NCBI GenBank assembly: GCA_965247115.1
Contig: CBDFGR010000003.1
Span: forward strand, 256,001 to 320,000
Length of the DNA: 64,000 nt
DNA from: Myxococcota bacterium
GTDB lineage: Bacteria; Myxococcota_A; UBA9160; SZUA-336
Reading direction: 5' to 3'
Below the pieces are notes generated by a model. That model saw nothing but the letters and a program-made list of their open reading frames with translations. It had not been told where the DNA came from and did no database searches. The translations under genes were made by a program, and so were the position numbers. Of the stretch, positions 40,282 through 49,478 are shown piece after piece; position 1 is the first letter of the stretch; each line of letters opens with the position of its first letter.

Positions 40282-41427
40282 ATGAGGTACTACTCGTGCG
40301 ATTCCCACCTGGTCGAGGCACGCGAGGTCTTCGAAGGCCTGGAGGGTCGCTTCGGTGACCGTGCGCCGCGCATCATCCGTGACCACGAGGGCAAGCCGGG
40401 AGATTGGCTGCTCCTGCCCGGCGGACTGTCCATACCGGTCGGTCGCCTCGGGATCGCCGGTCACCGGCTCGACGACCCGGCAACAGACGAGCTGATCGCG
40501 CGCGGCTACGACGGCTTGAACCCCGGCGTGCTCGATCCCGCGAAGCGACTCGACGAGCAGGCGCGCGACGGCGTGTGCGGGGAGGTCATGTACCCGAGCC
40601 TGAACATGTTCACCTACGCGCTTCCCGACAGGGATGTCGCGCGGACGGTGTTCGAACGGCACAACGACTGGGTGGTCGATTACTGCGCGGTGGCTCCCGA
40701 GCGACTGATCGGCATCGGCTGCCTGCCGATTCCCGAGGTCGACGCGGCGAAGCGGGAGATGGAGCGCTCCGCCCGGCGCGGGGTGCGCGGCTTCATGATT
40801 CCGACCCACGTCTCGCCCGACCTGCCCTACTGCCACGCGGACTACGATCCCTTCTGGGCCGCCGCGCAGGACATGAACCTGCCGCTCACCATGCACATCT
40901 TCGTCGGCACGTCGCTCGACGGCGGCATGCCGGCCCACTGGGGCACAACACCCGGGAGTACGATCAAGGGCTACACGCTCGCGTTCACCACCGCGGTCAA
41001 CACCATGATCGACCTGATCTGCGGAGGCGTGGTCGAGCGCTTCCCGCGGCTGAAGCTCGTGATCTCCGAGTTCGAGATCGGCTGGCTGGCCCACATCCTG
41101 GAGCGCGTGGACCACGCGTTCTACCGCACGCCTCGTCACGCCGTGGACTACCTGACGCTGAAGCCCAGCGAGTACTTCCGCCGCAACTTCACCGCGACCT
41201 TCGAGGACGACGAGATCGGAGTGCGCACGCGCGACAAGATCGGTGTTGGCAACCTGGTCTGGGGGAACGACTACCCCCACCACGACGCAATCTGGCCCAA
41301 CTCCATGCCGACGCTCGAACGCGTGATGGCAGGCGTCCCCGACGACGAGATCGAGCAGATGTGCTTCACGACCGCCACGCAGATGTACGGCGTGGACGTG
41401 AGCAAGCTGCCCGCAGCGACAGCCTAG
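40282..41427 (+). CDS. Amidohydrolase_2 family protein
   Basis: SCDSHLVE, HNDW, TMHI, WGNDYPH. Confidence 0.9.
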   Translation: MRYYSCDSHLVEAREVFEGLEGRFGDRAPRIIRDHEGKPGDWLLLPGGLSIPVGRLGIAGHRLDDPATDELIARGYDGLNPGVLDPAKRLDEQARDGVCGEVMYPSLNMFTYALPDRDVARTVFERHNDWVVDYCAVAPERLIGIGCLPIPEVDAAKREMERSARRGVRGFMIPTHVSPDLPYCHADYDPFWAAAQDMNLPLTMHIFVGTSLDGGMPAHWGTTPGSTIKGYTLAFTTAVNTMIDLICGGVVERFPRLKLVISEFEIGWLAHILERVDHAFYRTPRHAVDYLTLKPSEYFRRNFTATFEDDEIGVRTRDKIGVGNLVWGNDYPHHDAIWPNSMPTLERVMAGVPDDEIEQMCFTTATQMYGVDVSKLPAATA

Positions 41428-41460
41428 GTCAGCCCCCACCCCGCAGCGACGACCGAAAAG

Positions 41461-42348
41461 CTAGCGCGCCTGCAGCTCTCCGAGATACCGGGTCGCGAAG
41501 GTCTCGAGCGCCTTGCGCGTGTCGCTCTCGCCGGGGGCGACCAGGACGACCGCGTGATGGACGCCGAGCTCGCGCATGTGGTCCAGTGTCTTCGCAGCGT
41601 CGCCCGGATCCGACGCCGAAAGCGCGGCCACGCGGTTGATCGCGAGCGTCAGCTGCTCCGGATCGCGCCCGGCCGCGGCCGCGTGATCCCGTGCCCGCGC
41701 GAAGTCGTCGCGGAGCGTGTCCAGCATGGGCGGGTTGGCCATCCAGCCATCAGCGCGCTCGCCCACGCGCCGCAGCTGCTGGTCGCTGCGCCCTCCCAGC
41801 CACACGGGAATCGTCCGCGCCGGCTTGGGATTACACGCCCAGTCGACGACGCGATAGAACTCCCCCTCGAAGTCAACGTACTCGCGCGTCCAGCACTGCT
41901 CGAGCAGCTCCAGACACTCGTCCATGCGGCGACCGCGCCGCTCGAACGGCACGGACAGCACCTCGAACTCCTCCTTCCACCAGCCGACCCCCGCACCGAG
42001 GATGAAGCGCCCGCCCGCGAGCTTGTCGATCGAGGCCATGATCTTGGCGTGGAGCACCGGCTGGCGCATGGGAAGCACGAGCACCCCCACCCCGAGCTCG
42101 ACCCGACTCGTAGCCGCAGCCACGAACGCGAGCGTCGTCAGCGGCTCCAGAAAGTCGGCCTCAGGTGGGATGAGGAAGCGTCCATCCGCCGTGTAGGGAT
42201 ACGCAGATGCCTGCTCCTTCTGCAGGACCACGTGATCGAACACCCAGATCGAGTCGAACCCACACTCCTCCACCGCCGTCGCGCACTCGAGCATGTTCTC
42301 CCGAGTTCCCCCTGGCCCAACCTGAGGCAGATACACACCGATCTTCAT
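41461..42348 (-). CDS. LLM-class (luciferase-like) oxidoreductase, probably F420-dependent
   Basis: GFDSIWVFDHVV, EPLTTLAFVAA, GRFILGAGVGW. Confidence 0.9.
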   Translation of the reverse strand: MKIGVYLPQVGPGGTRENMLECATAVEECGFDSIWVFDHVVLQKEQASAYPYTADGRFLIPPEADFLEPLTTLAFVAAATSRVELGVGVLVLPMRQPVLHAKIMASIDKLAGGRFILGAGVGWWKEEFEVLSVPFERRGRRMDECLELLEQCWTREYVDFEGEFYRVVDWACNPKPARTIPVWLGGRSDQQLRRVGERADGWMANPPMLDTLRDDFARARDHAAAAGRDPEQLTLAINRVAALSASDPGDAAKTLDHMRELGVHHAVVLVAPGESDTRKALETFATRYLGELQAR

Positions 42349-42379
42349 CTCCGCTCCTCCCCCCATGATCGCACAGCCA

Positions 42380-42420
42380 ACCGAACTTGGGGACGGTCCT
42401 TAATCCGAACTTTCTAGAGC
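42380..42420. repeat. Short dispersed intergenic repeat, copy 2 (inverted)
   Basis: Reverse complement GCTCTAGAAAGTTCGGATTAAGGACCGTCCCCAAGTTCGGT matches 34214-34254 at 37/41. Confidence 0.8.
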
Positions 42421-43436
42421 CGGGGGATGACCTCGCGGGCGAACCAGGTCTTGAAGGTCGCGCCAGGTTCGGGCATCGGAACGGGGTGAGGGACGATGAT
42501 GTCGACGCGCGGTGCCTGTGCCAGCACCTGACGGAGCTGCTGCGCGATGTCGGCCGCGGATCCGAAGAGCGAGAAGCTCTGCGCCGCTTCTTCGGACAGG
42601 AAGTCGACCACCCGGCCCGCATGCTTCAGGTCTGCCGCGTGGTGGAAGTCGGGCCAGACCTGCTTCTTCAGCTCCTCCACGGGGGGTCCGTCCCAAGCGA
42701 GCTTCGGTATCTCGAACAGCGCCGGACTGTACTCGTAGAACCCTGCCGCCATGGCGCGTGAGATGGAGTGGGCGGCCGCCTGCTCGTCGGGCGTGATCAC
42801 GTGAAACACCAGACCGATGCCGAGGGCATCGGGGTCCCGACCCGCTTCCAGAGCCCCCGCTCGCACCGCGTCGAACGCGGCTTGCAGGTTGTCGGGGTGG
42901 CGCCCGACGCGCAGGAACACTCCGTCCGCGACGCGGCCGGCCATTCGAAGAGTGCGAGGTCCCCCGGCCGCGATCCAGACCGGAGCGGGGCGGGCGTGGA
43001 ACAGGCGTGCCGGACGCTCGGCTCCGACCTCGACCTTCTCTCCCGCGAGCAGCCGGCGAATCAAAGTCGTCGAGTCTTCCAGCTTGCGCACGCTCGCCGG
43101 CTGCTTGCCGAGCCAGCGGACCGCCGTGTCCCCTACCCCGTATACCAGCAACGCTCGACCGTCGGAGACCTCGTCCAGCGTCGCGATCGATCCCGCGGTT
43201 ACCGCGGGGTGACTCAGCACCGCGTTGTCGATCAGTAGACCCAGGCGGATCGTAGAGGTCTCGCGCGCGGCGGCGGCGAGCATCACATACGGGTCGCGCA
43301 TCGCGAGCGGGTTCGACGGACTCAGTGCATATCCGTAACCCAGGTCCTCTGCGAGCTTCACGTCGGCGACGAGCTCGTCAACCGACCTCCAGTTGAATCG
43401 ATTCAGTCCAAAGGTCGGAGACCGCTCGCTCGGCAC
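42414..43436 (-). CDS. LLM-class oxidoreductase (Mer-like)
   Basis: RDPYVMLAAAA.ETSTIRLG, HPAVTAGSIATLDE.S.GR, AAGGPRTLRMAG.VADG. Confidence 0.88.
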   Translation of the reverse strand: MPSERSPTFGLNRFNWRSVDELVADVKLAEDLGYGYALSPSNPLAMRDPYVMLAAAARETSTIRLGLLIDNAVLSHPAVTAGSIATLDEVSDGRALLVYGVGDTAVRWLGKQPASVRKLEDSTTLIRRLLAGEKVEVGAERPARLFHARPAPVWIAAGGPRTLRMAGRVADGVFLRVGRHPDNLQAAFDAVRAGALEAGRDPDALGIGLVFHVITPDEQAAAHSISRAMAAGFYEYSPALFEIPKLAWDGPPVEELKKQVWPDFHHAADLKHAGRVVDFLSEEAAQSFSLFGSAADIAQQLRQVLAQAPRVDIIVPHPVPMPEPGATFKTWFAREVIPRL

Positions 43437-43534
43437 TATTCGCCCAGTATAGTCCACACCATAATCCGACGGTCGCAGTGGTATAGTTGCACAACGACCC
43501 TTCTCTTGGACCTCCGGTGCATCGAGGTAAATCA

Positions 43535-44368
43535 ATGCTAGAAGAGTTCAGTCTTGCAGGTAAGCGTGCACTGATCACGGGCGGGAGCACAGGCCTGGGT
43601 CGCGCCATGGGACTTGTCTTCTCGGAAGCAGGCGCAGATGTTGCCCTGGCCGCTCGCACCGTCGAGAACCTGGAGGCTGCGGCCTCGGAGATCGAGAAGA
43701 ACGGTCACAAGGTGGTGACGATCCCCACCGACGTGTCAGATTCCGCCTCGGTGGATGCCATGGTGACCCAGGCCACCGCAGAGCTGGGCGGCATCGACGT
43801 CCTCGTCAACAACGCTGGTGCCGCGACAGGCGGACCGGTTGCCGCGCTTCCGGAGCCACCCGCTCCGGAGTTCAGCTCTGGATACAGCAACCCAGCGGAG
43901 TACTCCTCGTCCCTTCCCGACAACGAGTGGCACGCGGTCATGGAGACGAATCTCAGCGGTCCGTTCTACGCCTGTCGGGCGGTTGGTCCGCAGATGATGG
44001 AGCAGCGTTACGGGAAGGTCATCAACATCGCTTCGACGAATGCGGTCCTGGCGTACCCCTATGGAGCTCCCTACCAGACCAGCAAGGCGGGATTGAAGAT
44101 GTTCACCAAGGTTCTGGCGATGGAGTGGGCCCAGTTCAACGTCAACGTCAACTGCATCATGCCCGGCTGGTTCGTCACGGAGATGACGCGCATGGGCTTC
44201 GATGACCCGGAGTGGCGACGACAGCGGGAAGAGGGCCTACCCCTGAAGCGTCTCACGAGCAACCGGGACCTGGGTCTGCTGGCCCTGTACCTCGCGTCGC
44301 CCGCGTCGGATTGGATGACTGGCCAGGTCATAGCGCTCGATGGAGGCGAGACCGCGCCCTTCAACTGA
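43535..44368 (+). CDS. Short-chain dehydrogenase/reductase
   Basis: TGGSTGLG, NNAG, YQTSK. Confidence 0.93.
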   Translation: MLEEFSLAGKRALITGGSTGLGRAMGLVFSEAGADVALAARTVENLEAAASEIEKNGHKVVTIPTDVSDSASVDAMVTQATAELGGIDVLVNNAGAATGGPVAALPEPPAPEFSSGYSNPAEYSSSLPDNEWHAVMETNLSGPFYACRAVGPQMMEQRYGKVINIASTNAVLAYPYGAPYQTSKAGLKMFTKVLAMEWAQFNVNVNCIMPGWFVTEMTRMGFDDPEWRRQREEGLPLKRLTSNRDLGLLALYLASPASDWMTGQVIALDGGETAPFN

Positions 44369-44415
44369 GAGCCTCGTCGGTTGGGCGTACAAGGCCCCTG
44401 GGGCAAGGAGATCAC

Positions 44416-44784
44416 ATGGCACTGGGTAAAGAGCTCGGAAACTTCTCATTCAAGATCACGACCACAAGCTTCTCGGACGAGCGGGGGGCCGTCGTCGACT
44501 GCGACGGAACGGCTGACAACTTCGGCATGGTTCTGGGCACTCTGACGTTCCATGGAGGGGACCCGAACGAGCCGAACGGGTGGCTCAGCTGGCGCGGCCA
44601 GGCCTTTCTCGAGACCGGCCAGGCGCTGAGCTCGGTCGGTGAGGGCTCCTACGAAGCCCTCGACAACCACAAGTGGCGAACCAGGCTCATCATCACCATC
44701 TCTGATGGCCGCATCTTCGCCTCCGACGGCATGCTAGATCTCGAGAAGCGCTCCGTTGCGGGCAAGAACCTGGAGTGGAGCTGA
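44416..44784 (+). CDS. Hypothetical beta-rich protein
   Basis: AAGGAG RBS, genome-like codon usage, no recognised motif. Confidence 0.75.
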   Translation: MALGKELGNFSFKITTTSFSDERGAVVDCDGTADNFGMVLGTLTFHGGDPNEPNGWLSWRGQAFLETGQALSSVGEGSYEALDNHKWRTRLIITISDGRIFASDGMLDLEKRSVAGKNLEWS

Positions 44785-44880
44785 GCGCAGACAGACCGAT
44801 GTGAAACCTCGCCACTGTCCCCGGGGACGGTGACGCAGATTCACGTCACGCTCCCACCTCACCCTGCCGATAGGCGTGGC

Positions 44881-46092
44881 ATGAGGCGAGTGTGGACCAG
44901 TCTGGGAGTGGGTCTCGGTCTGCTCGTACTCGGGGTGCCCGGCTGGATCGCGTACCACAGCCGCGATCTGGCGTCGGTCGACGAGAGTGGCCTCCTGGTC
45001 GAGGACCGGCCGCCCCTCCTTCCCGCCGAGAACGCGGCCGTCCCGCTGGCTCATGCCGCGCGGCTGCTGGACTGGCCGAGCGGTGAGGGCACGATGGAAC
45101 GGGTGCGAGACATCCGCAACAGGGCCAGCTCGGATTCTGAAAGCGCCAGGGCCCTGGTCCGGCGCAACGAAGGCGCGCTCGAGTCGTTGCGGCAGGCGAT
45201 GCTGATCCGGGAGATTGAGATCTCCGCTGAGGAGCTCCTGCCAACCGGCAACTCTCCGGGGGTCTCGCCGTTCGTGCTGTGGCTCCGCCTGCTCGAGATC
45301 CACCACGTGCAGGAGGCGTTGCGGATGGCCGAGGGCGATGGGGAGGGGGCATACCAGGATGCGCTTGTCGGGCTGCGCCTGGCAGATCGCATGCACAGCT
45401 CGCGAGGTGCCGCGCTGCCGCACGCCCTGCTGGCAATCAGCCTCGGGAACTCGGCCCTCTTGCAACTGCGGGTCCTCCTGCCGGGCTGGACCGTTGATCG
45501 TGTCAGTGCCCGGAGTCTGATCGGCGCGATCGAGGACTCGCGCCTCGACCCCGATAGCTGGGCACGAATCTGGGCTGGCGAGTACCGCCAGCTGCGGGCG
45601 GTGTACACCGAAGAGATCCAGTCGCAGGCCTCGCCTGCTTTTGTGCCGACCAGCTACGTGTTCCATCCCAACCGCACCCTGCAGCGTCTGGCGGGCGTGT
45701 ACCGAGAGCTCCAGAGCAACTCGAGGGTCGTCTGCAGCCAGCAACACGTGCTCCAGGGCCAGCAGCCGAACAGCAGGCTCGAGCTTTTCGGGCTCATACT
45801 CGAACCGAACAGCATCGGAAACATCCTGCACGAGACGATGGTCCCACCGTTCGGTGACCAACGCTTCCGTTGCGACCTCGTATCATCCGCTTCTGCAGTC
45901 CAGGTCGCGATCGCGCTCAAGGCGCACCTCGACGCCGAAGGCGAGCTACCGGCATCTCTGTCCGAGCTGGTCCCCGAGCTCCTCGACGAGGTTCCCCGCG
46001 ACGGCTTCCGTGGCGAGCCCCTTCGCTACGCTCGCGCCGAGAGAGCGCTCTACCTGACGGACGGTGGCGAGGCCTGGCGTCTGGGGTTCTGA
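44881..46092 (+). CDS. Membrane-anchored hypothetical protein with pseudopilin(GspG)-like C-terminal motif
   Basis: N-terminal TM; AIALKAH...GELPASLSELVPELLDEVPRDGF.GEPLRY. Confidence 0.7.
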   Translation: MRRVWTSLGVGLGLLVLGVPGWIAYHSRDLASVDESGLLVEDRPPLLPAENAAVPLAHAARLLDWPSGEGTMERVRDIRNRASSDSESARALVRRNEGALESLRQAMLIREIEISAEELLPTGNSPGVSPFVLWLRLLEIHHVQEALRMAEGDGEGAYQDALVGLRLADRMHSSRGAALPHALLAISLGNSALLQLRVLLPGWTVDRVSARSLIGAIEDSRLDPDSWARIWAGEYRQLRAVYTEEIQSQASPAFVPTSYVFHPNRTLQRLAGVYRELQSNSRVVCSQQHVLQGQQPNSRLELFGLILEPNSIGNILHETMVPPFGDQRFRCDLVSSASAVQVAIALKAHLDAEGELPASLSELVPELLDEVPRDGFRGEPLRYARAERALYLTDGGEAWRLGF

Positions 46093-46119
46093 GGCTCCGG
46101 CCTCCGAGCCGGGTCACCC

Positions 46120-46407
46120 CTATCGCTGACGCAGGCGTGCGATCGTGGCGCCCCAGGCGCCCCGTCCGGGGAGGCCGTCGAAGAACTCCTCGACCAGAGG
46201 ATTGCCGCGCAGAATCTGCTGCACGCGGCCGCGCTGCACGCCCTTGCCCTTGCCGTGGATCAGGCGGACCTCGCGAAAGCCTCGCTCTGCCGCTGCTTCC
46301 AGGTAGGCCTCTACAACAGCGGGAATGTCGCGGGGCGCGAACGCGTGCAGGTCGATGGAGTCCTCGATGGGGACCTCGACCACATCGGGCTCCTGGTCCT
46401 CCACCAT
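46120..46407 (-). CDS. Stand-alone Smr/MutS2 domain protein
   Basis: IDLHAF, LIHGKGKG, GAWGAT. Confidence 0.9.
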   Translation of the reverse strand: MVEDQEPDVVEVPIEDSIDLHAFAPRDIPAVVEAYLEAAAERGFREVRLIHGKGKGVQRGRVQQILRGNPLVEEFFDGLPGRGAWGATIARLRQR

Positions 46408-46439
46408 GCTCCCTACTCGCCTCGTTCGACGGCGGGCGT
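46253..46439. repeat. 187-bp direct repeat, copy A
   Basis: 7 mismatches counted by eye against 47163-47349 (offset 910 bp). Confidence 0.93.
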
Positions 46440-46547
46440 TGTTCTATTCCTCAACCATACGGGAGAGATGATCACCGATTTTAGGAAGCCTCTCGGAGCG
46501 ATTGCTGTTGAGGAGTATCGGGTCTGACCGGTGGTGCCGAGAGCCCG

Positions 46548-47003
46548 TCAGGGCTCCACCGACCAATGCACGTGTACGATGTTCCAGCTCGCGTTCCGGA
46601 GTGCCCACACGGTGGTCATGTAATAGACGATCCGCGGATCGCGGCTCGGATCGGCCCCCTCGGGGATACGCGACTCGACGGGCATGCGGAACGTCGCAAC
46701 TGCGGACTCACCACCGGGTAGCACCTGCACGACCAGGTCTTCGACCCGGGCAGTCCGATTCCCGCCCCCTCCCTCTACGTGCTCAGTCCAGAAATTGTGG
46801 TAGTCCTGATGTGTCCAACGGCCCCTGGCCATGTGGACCGTCATGTCCTTCGCGTAGATCGAGAAGTACGTGTCGAGGTCGTTGGCGCCGTAGGCCTGCA
46901 CGAGCCGGCTCACACCGTCCCTGACTGCGCGGTCGGTGGTTGACTGGGCGAAGACCGGCGTCGAGCCCAGTAGGAGAGCGGTACACGTGAGTCGGACGGC
47001 CAT
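46548..47003 (-). CDS. Secreted NTF2-like/SnoaL-fold protein
   Basis: Signal peptide ending VFAQ; AYGANDLD...IYAKD; TTVWALRNASWNIVHVHWS. Confidence 0.8.
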   Translation of the reverse strand: MAVRLTCTALLLGSTPVFAQSTTDRAVRDGVSRLVQAYGANDLDTYFSIYAKDMTVHMARGRWTHQDYHNFWTEHVEGGGGNRTARVEDLVVQVLPGGESAVATFRMPVESRIPEGADPSRDPRIVYYMTTVWALRNASWNIVHVHWSVEP

Positions 47004-47162
47004 CCGCCAGCCACTGGGAAGGGTGGATGACGGGATCGGTCGGAATGCCGTGAACATGCGGGGCTCCAGTAGGGTCGCGCTCGGCGAGTAGGAAACGCGC
47101 ACACATTACCACTGGGGTATCGTGTGGGGATAGGGAGTTTAAGAGGGCCTTTCGGGTTCTGA

Positions 47163-47349
47163 CCGTGGATCAGGCGGACCTCGCGAAAGCCCCGCTCTGC
47201 CGCTGCTTCCAGGTAGGCCTCGACAACAGCGGGAATGTCGCGGGGCGCGAACGCGTGCAGGTCGATGGAGTCCTCGATGGGGACCACGACCGCATCGGGC
47301 TCCTGGTCCTCCACGATGTTCCCTACTCGCCTCGTTCGACGGTGGGCGT
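47163..47349 (-). pseudogene. 187-bp direct repeat, copy B: cytochrome c 3' end plus truncated Smr gene
   Basis: Smr frame VEDQEPD...REVRLIHG diverges immediately after IHG; ATG changed to ATC. Confidence 0.88.
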
Positions 47350-47904
47350 GGTCGGCGAGGTAAAGAATCCGTTGCGGTTGGGCATGTCGACCTGCGGCAG
47401 CGTCTCTGCGTTCAGCTCCGCGTCGTCTGCCAGAATGCCGTTCTCTGCGAGGAGGTACGCCGTCACGGCGTAGAGCTCGTCCGCCGAGAGCGAGCCCGGC
47501 AGGTCGTAGGGCATGGCTCGTCGCGTGTAGTCGAACAGGGTGGTGGCGTAGGGCCAGTAGCTCCCCACGGTTCTCAACGGGGCTGCCGACGCAAGCGAGC
47601 CCTGGCCGCCCACCAGGGGTGGGAGGGGTCCGTCCTTGCCGCCCGGCCCGTGGCACATCAGACACTTTGCTGCGTACACACGAAAGCCGCCGACGGCAGT
47701 TCCCCGACCGGGTGGGAGCCCCGTTCCGTCGGGCAGCACAACGAGCTGGTATGGGGCCACTTCCTCGGGAGTCGCGGCGCGACCCAGCTCGGGTCCCGGC
47801 TGACGAGAGCTCTCGAGCTCGGGAGCGAGCGCAGCGCCGGCAAGCGACAAGACGATCGAGAGCGCGAGCGCCCCGCTACGCGTAGACGTTTTGAATCTCG
47901 CCAC
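47323..47904 (-). CDS. Monohaem cytochrome c (SoxD-like)
   Basis: PDGTGLPPG.GT, CLMCH, TVGSYWPYATTLFDY.RRAMP, MPNRNGF. Confidence 0.88.
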   Translation of the reverse strand: MARFKTSTRSGALALSIVLSLAGAALAPELESSRQPGPELGRAATPEEVAPYQLVVLPDGTGLPPGRGTAVGGFRVYAAKCLMCHGPGGKDGPLPPLVGGQGSLASAAPLRTVGSYWPYATTLFDYTRRAMPYDLPGSLSADELYAVTAYLLAENGILADDAELNAETLPQVDMPNRNGFFTSPTTPTVERGE

Positions 47905-49186
47905 TGGCGCTCACGCTCCAGGTCTGGATCGAATTGTAGTGGTAGACGTTGCCCAGCGAATAGCGCTCGAGCCACGCGGCGCGCGTGGGCTGCCTGGCCC
48001 CGTTCGCGTCGGTCGCACGGCTCTGCAAGAGCGCAGGTCCGCCATCCCAGCGCCACGGGATCCGGAACCGGGTGAGGCAGCGCGACAGGACCGGTTCCTG
48101 TAGCGCAGCGCTGGCCCACGTTGCGCCGCCATCGGCGGACACGTCCACTTGTCGAATCGCGCCCGCCCCAGACCACGCGAGCCCCGAGATCTCGTACAGC
48201 CCGGGTGCCTGCATGGCGAGCCCGCCGGCAGGGTGTGTGATCGTCGACTTGACACCCATCTCGAAGGAGAACTGGCGCGCGCGCCCGTCGGGGAGCAGAT
48301 CGGTGTACTTGGCGGTCTCCTGGCGCGACTGCGCTGGCTGGTCCGTCACCTGGAGCCCGCGCAGCCACTTGACGCTGGCGTTCCCCTCCCAGCCGGGCAG
48401 GAAGAGGCGCAGCGGATAGCCCTGCTCCGGACGCAGCCGTTCCCCGTTCTGGTAGAGCGCCACGAGCGCGTCGTCGAGAGCCTTTTCGAGTGGGATGCTC
48501 CGGTTCATGGCCACCGCGTCTGCCCCCTCCGCGATCACCCAGCGCGCTCCGGGCTCGATCCCGGCCTCGTCCAGGAGCACCGCGAGCGGGACGCCCGTCC
48601 ACTCGCAGCATGACACCAATCCGTGTAGTCTTCCGCACGAGACGGTTGGAGGCTCCGGGGCCGTATTGAAGGCGCTGTTGCCAGAACACTCGAGGAAATA
48701 GAGCCTGCTCGTGGTGGGGTAGCGGAGCAGAGCCTCTACATCAAAGCTCAGGGGCCGCCGAACCCGCCCGTGGATCAGCAGTCGATGCTGGTCGGGATCG
48801 ATGTCGGGCACACCCGCGTGATGCCGCTCGAAGTGCAGCCCGTTTGGCGTGATGATCCCCGCCAGGCGTTCCAGCGGGGTCCGCGAGCTCGCCGCACCCG
48901 GCGCCAGCTCGGGATAGCGCTGCAAGAGCAGCCGCTGCACATGTTCCTCCCGACGCGACGGCACCCCATACCCGCTGACGGGCGCACCCGGCACCTGCAT
49001 CCACGGCGGCCGCTGCTCTGCGCCAGGCGCCTCAGCGTGCAAAGCCGCAGCCACCGGCGCTGCGCGCAGCAGCCCGCCGCCACCAGCCCAGGCAGCAGCG
49101 CTTGCCAGAAACGCGCGCCGATCAAGCAGGCCGCGGCCCGCGACCGCGATCCGAAGGAGATCCGAACCACTCCCACTCTGTGTCAT
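47876..49186 (-). CDS. soxC: Sulfite/sulfane dehydrogenase molybdopterin subunit
   Basis: Tat motif DRRAFLA, ITPNGLHFERHHAG, FLECSGN, GERLRPEQGYPLR, ISGLAWSG. Confidence 0.88.
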   Translation of the reverse strand: MTQSGSGSDLLRIAVAGRGLLDRRAFLASAAAWAGGGGLLRAAPVAAALHAEAPGAEQRPPWMQVPGAPVSGYGVPSRREEHVQRLLLQRYPELAPGAASSRTPLERLAGIITPNGLHFERHHAGVPDIDPDQHRLLIHGRVRRPLSFDVEALLRYPTTSRLYFLECSGNSAFNTAPEPPTVSCGRLHGLVSCCEWTGVPLAVLLDEAGIEPGARWVIAEGADAVAMNRSIPLEKALDDALVALYQNGERLRPEQGYPLRLFLPGWEGNASVKWLRGLQVTDQPAQSRQETAKYTDLLPDGRARQFSFEMGVKSTITHPAGGLAMQAPGLYEISGLAWSGAGAIRQVDVSADGGATWASAALQEPVLSRCLTRFRIPWRWDGGPALLQSRATDANGARQPTRAAWLERYSLGNVYHYNSIQTWSVSASGEIQNVYA

Positions 49187-49335
49187 GTTCTTGCCCCGAA
49201 GAGTGCAGTGACGGCAGTCTACTCCCGGAGTCCCGGGTCGTCCGGAAGCTGAGCCAGGTTCCAGGCAACAAGCGATGGAGAAAGGCTCCCTCGAAGCTAC
49301 TCTATGCTGCAATCGTCACTAGCTTGGGGATCGCC

Positions 49336-49434
49336 ATGGCAAACAAGGACCGGGGGAAGCGGCAGGTAAAAACCAAGCCCAAACTGACGAAGAAGGAGAA
49401 GAAGGCAAAGAAGATCGCGAAGAAGGGCAGGTAG
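49336..49434 (+). CDS. 32-aa Lys-rich small protein
   Basis: MANKDRGKRQVKTKPKLTKKEKKAKKIAKKGR after a GGGGGA RBS. Confidence 0.6.
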   Translation: MANKDRGKRQVKTKPKLTKKEKKAKKIAKKGR

Positions 49435-49478
49435 CCGGCCGTGTCGCCATCGCAGGAGGCTGGCTGTACTATGGAGCC

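Noticed and set aside
34214..42420. Repeats as a possible CRISPR array
   Set aside because: Isolated copies kilobases apart, no repeat-spacer periodicity and no cas genes.
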